A DNA stretch of 64,000 nt, from assembly GCA_039586795.1 (NCBI GenBank), contig JBDHJS010000005.1, positions 1 through 64,000 on the forward strand, read 5' to 3'. Position numbers and translations under genes: made by a program. This document shows, piece by piece, positions 1 to 7,258 of the stretch (position 1 is its first letter; each line of letters begins with the position of its first letter). The notes below the pieces were generated by a model. It made no database searches, had not been told where the DNA came from, and saw only the letters and a program-made list of their open reading frames with translations. The DNA comes from Gemmatimonadota bacterium. Its GTDB lineage: Bacteria; Gemmatimonadota; Gemmatimonadetes; Palauibacterales; KS3-K002.

Positions 1-37
1 CCTGAAGCGTGTATCACAGAACCACCTGTCACACGCC

Positions 38-118
38 GCCTAACGGTTCTTTGTTTCAGCGGCGCCGTGATCATCTCTCGGCATCGCCGGAACACCCACA
101 CAGAAGAGCCTATCCCGA
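38..118 (-). repeat. Truncated attC (L'/R' half plus most of the variable region)
   Basis: gcctaacggttctttgtttcagcggcgccgtga...cagaagagcctatcccga aligns with the 4968 and 6234 copies, then breaks off into coding sequence. Confidence 0.8.
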
Positions 119-255
119 GGCTCGAACGCTCCATGTTCAAGCAGCCAGTCCAGCTCCGCCTCCGGCGCTTCCGAGAGCGTGCGGTGCGCGCGTAGCCGCT
201 CGCGCAGCGCGGCCCCGTCTGGTGACTTTGATGTATCGGACGATGTGTGCGTCAT
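119..255 (-). pseudogene. N-terminal fragment of a possible cNMP-binding/sensor protein, fused to the broken attC
   Basis: MTH...LRERLRAHRTLSEAPEAELDWLLEHG resembles the helical start of cNMP-domain proteins; the reading frame runs straight into attC sequence. Confidence 0.4.
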
Positions 256-264
256 CGTTTCACA

Positions 265-960
265 CTAGTTTTTCTTGTACTGCCAGCGTGTTTGTACAAC
301 TGCTCTGACCACGTGCTGGCCGATTGCTATTGGAGTTTCCGGGCCCGCACGGATCTCTGATACAGCGTAGTCGCTTGTCGAAACCGGGAGGACCCTCTGA
401 AACCTTATCTCGACAAGATCACCCAGCGAGCCTCCAGCTGACTCCGCGATCAGCTCGGCCAACGAGCGAGCATCGGCTACAGCCTCAGCGATAGCTCTGC
501 GTTGAAGTTCCTCAAGCGTCGAGGACGTGAAGCTCACCCGAGTGATCCTGTTTGCCCCAGCCTCAATAACCGCATCGATAACGCGCCCCACATTGTCCGT
601 ATCTCTCACGACAACTTGGATCAGGTTTCGGACCAGGTAGCCAGTGACGACGCGGCGACCATCTCGCTCACGTCCATATTCCGGACTGACGTCGTAGCTG
701 GCCGTCGATCTGTCCTCCTCAGAGACCGCAAAATCATCGAGAGCCCTCATCACAGACTCAATCTTCCGGGCGTTTTCGTCGGATGCATCCCCGACCTTGT
801 CACTTAGTGTCTCCACCGCTACCTGCATGACGACAAGATCAGGCGTGAACGTAACGCTACCAGCGCCGGTAGTGTTGATCTGGGCATCGCTGTCTACAGA
901 CTGCGCTGTCAGCTGCGACACTGCGAAGATGGTGAGCACTAGTGGCAGATAGATTCTCAC
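265..960 (-). CDS. SIMPL/DUF541 domain periplasmic protein (cassette)
   Basis: Signal peptide, G.G.V...PD motif, GYLVRNLIQV, AGAN, and A..A...A..LA...G..LG pattern; GTG start at 960 lies inside the cassette boundary. Confidence 0.85.
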   Translation of the reverse strand: MRIYLPLVLTIFAVSQLTAQSVDSDAQINTTGAGSVTFTPDLVVMQVAVETLSDKVGDASDENARKIESVMRALDDFAVSEEDRSTASYDVSPEYGRERDGRRVVTGYLVRNLIQVVVRDTDNVGRVIDAVIEAGANRITRVSFTSSTLEELQRRAIAEAVADARSLAELIAESAGGSLGDLVEIRFQRVLPVSTSDYAVSEIRAGPETPIAIGQHVVRAVVQTRWQYKKN

Positions 961-1008
961 TTTAGGTCTCCAATTCAAGCCAGCGGTTGCTCCGGTCGGT
1001 ATTCGGCG

Positions 1009-1133
1009 GCCTAACGGTTCATCGTCGTGTTCTCGGCATCGAGTCGAGCCCGCACATAATCGAGGATCTTCCAGCGCCGCGCGAGCAGAAGAACCCATTC
1101 AATCCCAAGATCTCGCCCAACGCTTGTCTAGAC
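1009..1133 (-). repeat. Degenerate attC
   Basis: gcctaacggttc at 1009 and aacgcttgtctagac at 1119-1133; interior is diverged. Confidence 0.6.
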
Positions 1134-1146
1134 TGTCGGTTGAAGC

Positions 1147-1770
1147 TCAACGCCGGTCCGGCACCGCGGCGCCCCAGTAGTTGAAGCTAGCCGGACGCCA
1201 ACCTGGTATGTACATACTCTCCATTCGATCAATCCTGAACCCACCCTTCTCGATAAGATCTGGGATTGGCCGGTTCAGGTGGCATCCTCCACCAAAACGC
1301 TTCCACATGGGGTTCATCAGATCCTGCCATCTGCGAACGCTCGCGTCAGGTGCAGCGCCGTGTTCGCAGAAGATCAGTTGGCCGCTTGGATCGAGAACTC
1401 GAGCCATCTCTCTCAGCGCGGGCTCCGTATCGGGGATCGTACACAGCGTGTAAGTCACGATAACCGTATCGATACTACAATCCTCAAGGGGAATGTTGTC
1501 TGCTGGGACCTCTAGAAACTCTACTTCAAATGCGACCGCGCCGGCGGCCCTCTCGGCAAGCCTCAACATCTCGGGCGCCGGATCGAGTCCCCAGCACTTC
1601 TTCACTCTATCGGCATCGTAGTAGCGGAAGTTCAAGCCTGACCCGATTCCGATTTCCAGAACTCGCCCTCGGGCCATCGGCACGACCTTCTCCCGTTGCC
1701 GCATGTTGGGTTTCGTGCTGCAGGTCAGATGCACAAGCTTCGGGAGAACGCACTTGCTGTACAAGCCCAT
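1147..1770 (-). CDS. Class I SAM-dependent methyltransferase (cassette)
   Basis: VLEIGIGSG motif I, IPLEDCSIDTVIVTYTLCTI, LIFCEHG, GGCHLNR. Confidence 0.9.
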   Translation of the reverse strand: MGLYSKCVLPKLVHLTCSTKPNMRQREKVVPMARGRVLEIGIGSGLNFRYYDADRVKKCWGLDPAPEMLRLAERAAGAVAFEVEFLEVPADNIPLEDCSIDTVIVTYTLCTIPDTEPALREMARVLDPSGQLIFCEHGAAPDASVRRWQDLMNPMWKRFGGGCHLNRPIPDLIEKGGFRIDRMESMYIPGWRPASFNYWGAAVPDRR

Positions 1771-1821
1771 CGTTTGTCTCCGCGCGAGTAACTCGCCGAC
1801 GTCGGTGCGTAGGGCAGCTCG

Positions 1822-2195
1822 CTATCCATTGGAGCGATCCTGCTTAGTGTAGACGATCCGATGTCCCAGCTTCCACTCACCGTCACCTCTGTGATAGAAG
1901 TAGTCATGAAGTGTCCCGTCTGGTTGGATCTCAAATGTCTGTTTTAACTCGGATACACTGTCGGGTCGTATACTCTTCCCAGAGAGAGTCATCTTGCCCT
2001 AAGCAACCGTAACAGTGCCCCCACTGAAGATTCCTCTGCTAGTAAGCTGAAGAAATGAGATTTCCTCCTTCTCCCAATCCCAGAAATATAGGGTCTCCAT
2101 TCTGAAGTTCAGAGTTCTCACTTCCTTGGTTGATCTGATGACGGCTCCGTTCAATACGGGCTCCCAGCGAACTGCGTGGATAAGTTCGGAATCGC
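1822..2195 (-). pseudogene. 5'-deleted hypothetical cassette gene with an in-frame TAG
   Basis: Frame reads ...GTVTVA*GKMTLSGKS...EWKLGHRIVYTKQDRSNG* with TAG at 1999-2001; the 5' end is replaced by the attC half-site at 2200. Confidence 0.7.
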
Positions 2196-2209
2196 GCTTG
2201 TTAGAGCGA
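2194..2209 (-). repeat. attC R'' half-site remnant
   Basis: gttagagcga (2200-2209) is the exact complement of tcgctctaac (2942-2951) at the other end of the same cassette. Confidence 0.75.
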
Positions 2210-2215
2210 TCTTCA

Positions 2216-2928
2216 TCACGGCGGGCTGTCTGCGCCTTCTTGCACCAAAGCTCTAAGCGAATCCAACACGGCAGATGCTTGGTTGAGCTCGCGAACGTAG
2301 ACATTCTGATAGTGAGCCTTGTTCAGGGCGGCCGCGACGAATTCGTCGTCCAGTCGCAACTGCGCCAGGAGCCCCGGCCCAAGCCGTCCCGCCACCTGGT
2401 ACAAGAGGCCCTGCCCATCATGCGCAACGGCCGTCGTATACAACGCGAGGCGACCGGCCAAATCGGTCCCCAGCTCCCAGACGGTCTCCTTCTCCTCCTC
2501 CATATCCTCCAAGACGCCTACCCAACGTGCCAGCACACTGCCAACTTCGCGGGCGTGTTGCGTAACCGGCGCCGACGAGCCAAGAAAGAGCCCCGCCGCC
2601 GAGTCGTCGGCGTCATAGGTCCAGGTGACTACACGATGGCCGAGATCCAGGGGGCTACGCTGTCCTGCGGGAGCGATCGCAGTTCATCCGGGGTCAAGCC
2701 GAGGAAGCCGTCAATGCGCTCGAGCTGGGTCCCGTTGAGGCCTAGCAAACGGTCGAGCTCAAGCCGGTTTTCTTCGACTTCCTCACGGATCGACTCAAGA
2801 ACTGTCATCTCCGTCATTCGGGCTTGCCGGTTATCCCACCACGCGTCGATCCAGAACGCGAGAAGAATACTGACGACAATGACAGCGCCCTCCGAGACGA
2901 GGCGCGTCGTTCGGCGAGTATCTGACAT
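2216..2928 (-). pseudogene. Frameshifted membrane-anchored hypothetical protein (paralog of 3077-3784)
   Basis: EGAVIVVSILLAFWIDAWWD N-terminus; frame shifts near 2630 (ATC GTG TAG versus GTA GTC ACC TGG ACC TAT) and continues as the 2216-2536 ORF. Confidence 0.75.
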
Positions 2929-2944
2929 TCAGCTCCCAGGGTCG

Positions 2945-3056
2945 CTCTAACGGTTTTTGGTTTTTGCGGCGGCGTAACATCGCGGCGTCGCTGGGACATC
3001 TACACAGAAGCGACCACTCGAATGCATAGCACGCCCGCTGCAGACGCTTGTTAGGC
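2945..3056 (-). repeat. attC site (112 bp, local family)
   Basis: ctctaac...gctgcagacgcttgttaggc, similar to the 4968 and 6234 copies. Confidence 0.88.
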
Positions 3057-3076
3057 AGCCCATAGAATTGTCGGAC

Positions 3077-3784
3077 TCAACGAGCTAAGTCCTCCTCCAC
3101 TAGTCGTGTGATTCGGTCGATTGCGGCTTCAGCGGGGACGAGACCTTCGGCCACGTTCTTCTCAAGAGACCAAGCCATGAACACGATACTCTGAAACTCG
3201 ACGCTTGAGAGTAGGCGGTTCGCGTCAGTCAGAGCCTTATCGCCGGGCCATTGCATATAACTGGTCTTGTCAAGATCCTTCAGGTTGAGCCGTTGGCTGA
3301 GGAACGGGAACAGGCTCTGATAGAGATGGCGCTTCGCATTCTCTTCATCCTCGCGAAGGTCTTCGAACAAGGCGGACCAGCGAGTAAGCTCGCGCACTAG
3401 CTCAGGATTGCCGAGAAGGTCAAGGCGTCCCGAACCAAGGATCGTACGGACAGTCCCCATGGGTGGATCGAACGTCGGGTGCGCGAACATCGTGGAGATG
3501 GCCCTCTCCACCTGCTCGGCCCGAATGTCGCCTGAACCTTCAGACTCAGCCCACGACAACAGCTGCGCCGCAGCGACTGACTTCGCTTCGTGCAATGTAC
3601 GAGCCCGATTCAGATCCTCGCTGGCGGCGTGGAAATCCTCCACAAGCCCAGTCAGGAGCGCTCTTTCCTGGATGTCGTCGGCTCGTTCGTCCCACCATGC
3701 GTCGATGGCGAACGCGAGGAGAATGCTTGCTACGATCACAGCCCCCTCAGCGACGAGGCGATTCCAGGGGATACTCTGCTTCAT
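3077..3784 (-). CDS. Hypothetical protein with N-terminal TM helix (DUF6090-like; cassette)
   Basis: AEGAVIVASILLAFAIDAWWD and ILGSGRLDLLGNPELVRELTRW motifs. Confidence 0.75.
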   Translation of the reverse strand: MKQSIPWNRLVAEGAVIVASILLAFAIDAWWDERADDIQERALLTGLVEDFHAASEDLNRARTLHEAKSVAAAQLLSWAESEGSGDIRAEQVERAISTMFAHPTFDPPMGTVRTILGSGRLDLLGNPELVRELTRWSALFEDLREDEENAKRHLYQSLFPFLSQRLNLKDLDKTSYMQWPGDKALTDANRLLSSVEFQSIVFMAWSLEKNVAEGLVPAEAAIDRITRLVEEDLAR

Positions 3785-3820
3785 TGCATCATGCCCTTTT
3801 GGAGATGCCAGCCGCGGACT

Positions 3821-3895
3821 GCCTAACGGCTGGAATTCAGCGGCCAAGCCGTGCGCGAAGCGCGCGGTTTGGTCCGCTGCAATGATCAGTTAGGC
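3821..3895 (-). repeat. attC site (75 bp, canonical short type)
   Basis: Minus strand GCCTAAC-TGATC-ATTGCAGC-hairpin-GCTGAAT-TCCAGCC-GTTAGGC. Confidence 0.93.
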
Positions 3896-3930
3896 GGCAT
3901 TGATGAATAGCTGGGAGTGCCCTGAGGTTC

Positions 3931-4827
3931 TTATCCCGGGGCCACGACATTCTTGGCGATCTCGTCTAGATGGCGGCTCCAGGTACCACAACAGCCACCC
4001 CAAATGTCCATGTGGGGATAACGTCTTGCAAGATCTCCGCATAGCTCCCCCAGTTCTACTGGGTCTCCATCTTCAAGGTGACCAATCTGGCAGAGTGCCA
4101 TCTTGTCCATTTTTGAAGCGTTTGGCCTCACACCTCTAACACGATTGATCCAGCCACCCGGTTCAATCGCTGGTTCATACTCCACAGGATGAGAGCAGTT
4201 GACTAAATAGAACTCCGGCGATTGATCCGTCTCTCTGTCGATTGCTGTGATCGCTTCAACCAAGCTTGGGCCGGAGCTAAGCTTTGAAGTGCTATCCAGG
4301 GAGAGCGAAATTGCCAGCGGCACGCCGATCTTGGCTGCTGCTCGTGCTACACCGACTGACTCCGGAATGTTGTTAAAGGTTATGGCCAGTGCTAGATCAG
4401 CATTCGCCTTTTTCAGGGTCTCGAGCTGTACAGAATGGTAGTCCTCTGCCTCACTTTCGGTGATGGATGCGTTTCTCTCATAGGCATCACCTCGGGGGCC
4501 AATCAATCCCTGAATCAAGATGTCCGGAATGTCGGAAACATACTCGCTTGCGATTTCCCTCAGGAATTCGATGGATTGAAGATTTGCTTCGGCCAAACCT
4601 TGGGGTGAATAACCAAGCAGTTCACCCCAATCTGGGCTTGCGCGATAATCGAGACCTCCCATGAGCGCGCACATCTTGTGTCTCGCAGCGACCTCCAGAT
4701 AGCTCCTGAACATCTCCCTCATCTTCGATACAGCTTGTGGATTATCGAGCAATGGGAACACTGCAAACTGCGGTAGCTCAAAGCCATATTTGTACAGTAA
4801 TTCGGTTTCCGTCCCCCCCTCAGTCAA
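3931..4827 (-). CDS. Homocysteine S-methyltransferase family protein (cassette; N-terminus possibly disrupted)
   Basis: TEGGTET, GPRGDAY, NCSHP, GGCCGT zinc motifs; an in-frame TGA lies just upstream of QKGRLYL. Confidence 0.85.
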   Translation of the reverse strand: MTEGGTETELLYKYGFELPQFAVFPLLDNPQAVSKMREMFRSYLEVAARHKMCALMGGLDYRASPDWGELLGYSPQGLAEANLQSIEFLREIASEYVSDIPDILIQGLIGPRGDAYERNASITESEAEDYHSVQLETLKKANADLALAITFNNIPESVGVARAAAKIGVPLAISLSLDSTSKLSSGPSLVEAITAIDRETDQSPEFYLVNCSHPVEYEPAIEPGGWINRVRGVRPNASKMDKMALCQIGHLEDGDPVELGELCGDLARRYPHMDIWGGCCGTWSRHLDEIAKNVVAPG

Positions 4828-4967
4828 ATAGAGGCGCCCTTTCTGTCAATTGCTATTGTGCTGAAGTCGATCAACAGGTTACGGAATTTCCAAGGTGTCG
4901 ATAGCTACTATTGAGTAGATTCAATGAAGCTGGTTGTCATAAACTCGTTTAGCAATGATGGAGTGCC

Positions 4968-5082
4968 GCCTAACAGTTCTTCGTTTCAGCGGCGCCGTGA
5001 CGTAGTCGCGGCGTCGCAGGAACACCCATACAGAACAGCCTACCCCAATGTATAGCGCGCCCACTGCAAACGATTGTTAGGC
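4968..5082 (-). repeat. attC site (115 bp, local family)
   Basis: gcctaacagttcttcgtttcagc...ctgcaaacgattgttaggc. Confidence 0.92.
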
Positions 5083-5104
5083 AGCGCCAGAGCGGCTTCA
5101 TGCG

Positions 5105-5485
5105 TCACTCGGGTGGAGGTTCGTGACGAGCGCCGCGGTCCGACATCTCTAAGGGCGGCACTGCCATTGCGGATCCGGCCAAGCAGCCGAGCACGACCAG
5201 CGCTGCGATCAAAGAGACGAAGCCGGGTGTCACCACAGCCAACAGCACGAAGTAAAGAAGCCCCACAGTATTGGCACCAACCGTCAGCCTCATAGCTGCT
5301 CGCGTTGGGCTGGCCAGCGCGCTCAGATTCAGCAGCGCTAGGAATACCCACCCGAGCCCGGTGCCCGCGAAGCGTAGAGCGTCAAGGGATAGACGACCGT
5401 CGAACACGACTCCTGCGGCAACTGTGTAAGCAATGCCCTGCAGAATCAGAAGGTAAGCCGCGACTCTGTGGATCCGTAGTATCAT
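5105..5485 (-). CDS. Small multi-pass membrane protein (cassette)
   Basis: About four hydrophobic segments; fills the space between two attC sites. Confidence 0.7.
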   Translation of the reverse strand: MILRIHRVAAYLLILQGIAYTVAAGVVFDGRLSLDALRFAGTGLGWVFLALLNLSALASPTRAAMRLTVGANTVGLLYFVLLAVVTPGFVSLIAALVVLGCLAGSAMAVPPLEMSDRGARHEPPPE

Positions 5486-5504
5486 GGCGACTTCTTTCCG
5501 CACT

Positions 5505-5548
5505 GCCTAACGGTTCTTCGTTTCAGCGGCTGCAAACGTTTGTTAGGC
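5505..5548 (-). repeat. Minimal 44-bp attC
   Basis: Minus strand GCCTAAC-AAACG-TTTGCAGC-C-GCTGAAA-CGAAGAACC-GTTAGGC. Confidence 0.88.
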
Positions 5549-5560
5549 AGCAGATCCAGG

Positions 5561-6220
5561 TTAGTCGGTTCGTTCTAGATCGCTAAGCAATATTGATGTA
5601 GTGTCGTCGTATGAACCGTATGCACAGCGACGGCCAAAGCTAGAGAAGGAAAACATTGCAATCGTCATAGAGTCTGTCTCTAGGTCTGGCGGCAATGGAT
5701 GCGGAACCTGCACCCCAAAGACATGGCTCTTTATCAGGAAATCGACAGAGCGTGACGCAAAGGAGGCGTCTTGACCTGCTGCGAACCGGACTCTCGAGAC
5801 AACCATTTCACCCCCAACGAATGTCACCTCTGCACAATAGCCTAGGTCTCCGGTCCAGCTCCGCGCAAAGTACAGTGTCGAATCATAGAGGTATATGTCC
5901 CACTTGTCTTCCATTTCCAGCGATTTGAACAGCGGCCCATCGTCAAGAGGTTCTGAGCAAGGGTAGGCGAGCCGGCAGTCGACTGAGTTCTCCAACTCCT
6001 GGCCTCTATGGCGGTACTCCTCACCCAACGATGACCGTAGCCTCGTGTACGTCGCCGCGATATTCGGGTCAGCTGTGGTCGAAACCATCGTCTTCGTAAC
6101 TGGTGAGCAATCGATAACGTCTATTCCGAACGGGTTTGCAGACGCCTCCAACCACTCCAGGTTCTCTTCTGTCGAAGGATCGCTCGCCAGGCGCGCTCTG
6201 ATTCTGGATAGGAGTCCCAT
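5561..6220 (-). CDS. Hypothetical protein with MEDKW/RSWTG motif (cassette)
   Basis: 219-aa ORF bounded by attC sites; contains MEDKWDIY...LYFARSWTG. Confidence 0.8.
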   Translation of the reverse strand: MGLLSRIRARLASDPSTEENLEWLEASANPFGIDVIDCSPVTKTMVSTTADPNIAATYTRLRSSLGEEYRHRGQELENSVDCRLAYPCSEPLDDGPLFKSLEMEDKWDIYLYDSTLYFARSWTGDLGYCAEVTFVGGEMVVSRVRFAAGQDASFASRSVDFLIKSHVFGVQVPHPLPPDLETDSMTIAMFSFSSFGRRCAYGSYDDTTSILLSDLERTD

Positions 6221-6233
6221 GGTCGTGCCTGCT

Positions 6234-6348
6234 GCCTAACGGTTCTTCGTTTCAGCGGCGCCGTGACGGAGTCGCGGCGTCGCAGGAACATCTATACAGA
6301 AGCGCCAACTCCAATGCATAGCGCGCCCGCTGCAAACGCTTGTTAGGC
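6234..6348 (-). repeat. attC site (115 bp, local family)
   Basis: gcctaacggttcttcgtttcagc...gctgcaaacgcttgttaggc. Confidence 0.93.
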
Positions 6349-6375
6349 GGCAGCTTCGTGACCAGTTTGCCACGC

Positions 6376-6591
6376 CTATTTGGACGAATCATAGTCGTCG
6401 TCTTGACTAGCATCGTCGAGGACCGCCAGGGGCACAGAGGGATGAAGTGAGCGGCGAAGGCACGTCAAGTGACTCCTAAGCTCTTGGGCTCCGCCTTCGT
6501 GAAGAGGAATCACCAGCGTCACCACTTCGACCTCTCGCGCGATGAGTGCATTTCCGCAGAAGCAACATTGAAACTGGTAAGGATCAGCCAC
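6376..6591 (-). CDS. Small Cys/His-rich hypothetical protein (first cassette)
   Basis: CCFCG...HLTC putative zinc ligands; AGGAG RBS upstream of GTG. Confidence 0.7.
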   Translation of the reverse strand: MADPYQFQCCFCGNALIAREVEVVTLVIPLHEGGAQELRSHLTCLRRSLHPSVPLAVLDDASQDDDYDSSK

Positions 6592-6609
6592 CTACATTTG
6601 CTCCTGATA

Positions 6610-6650
6610 CTGCCGCCTAACAGGTCTTTTCCCGCTATCCTCTCGACTGG
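6610..6650 (-). other. Putative attI
   Basis: Lone GTTAGGC core (6615-6621) with no attC partner; ctgccgcctaac is the exact 12-bp complement of gttaggcggcag at the end of cassette 1. Confidence 0.7.
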
Positions 6651-6829
6651 ACATAGCGGGCCACTTGCGGCCTAAAATCTTCGATTGAGGATGACTACAC
6701 GAGGAGTGTGTTGCCCAAGATACGGCGTTCAGGGACAGCGAGCCAGCTTTGGGTGGCTTTGAAACACTGCGAAACGCGCAGCCTAAATCGCTCGCAGCCT
6801 AATCCTGTCGGGCGGGCTACGCGCCAAAC

Positions 6830-7201
6830 CTATAGTACGTCCGTCGGGCTCCGGACACCGAAGCCGCCCTTGTTCAACACGTGCGTGTAGACCATCGTCG
6901 TCGACAGGTTCTGATGACCCAGTAGCTCTTGGACCATCCGGATGTCATAGCCGTCCTCCAACAGGTGCGTCGCGAATGAGTGCCTGAACGCATGACAGCT
7001 CGCGTGCTTCGCGATGCCGGCTCGCTTGATCGCTCGCTTGACGGCGCGCTGCACGGCGCTCTCGTGCAGATGATGACGGTACGACTCCTCCGTGCGTCGA
7101 CTGTATCGACGGACGCGCAGCTCGCGCCTCACCTGGTCCAGCAGTCTCACTTGACGACCGCCGGTCTCTCCCATGGTGACACCCATTCCCGGGGCCCGCA
7201 T
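6830..7201 (-). pseudogene. intI: Integron integrase with large in-frame internal deletion
   Basis: LLDQVR...YSRRTEESY joined directly to [14 protein letters not shown]...[28 protein letters not shown]...[19 protein letters not shown]. Confidence 0.88.
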
Positions 7202-7258
7202 CCCGCCACACGATGCAGGCCCCGGGTTCTCTTCTACGGATGCGATATCAACGAATCG

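Larger units (their letters stand above)
38..7201 (-). mobile_element. Integron with cassette array (decaying, integrase internally deleted); array continues off the left edge
   Basis: IntI-like ORF at 6830-7201, recurrent RYYTAAC...GTTAGRY imperfect inverted repeats separating single minus-strand ORFs, and complementary core-site flanks at the two ends of each cassette. Confidence 0.92.

Noticed and set aside
1786..1815. attC remnant (gagtaac...gtagggc) upstream of the methyltransferase
   Set aside because: Both cores deviate, there are no L boxes, and there is no complementary match to the other cassette end.
1999..2001. Programmed amber readthrough
   Set aside because: The gene is also 5'-deleted and lies in a decayed region, so a GAG-to-TAG nonsense mutation is simpler.
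38..6348. CRISPR array interpretation of the recurring repeats
   Set aside because: The repeats are 44-125 bp imperfect palindromes separated by whole genes, with integron core sites. No cas genes are present.
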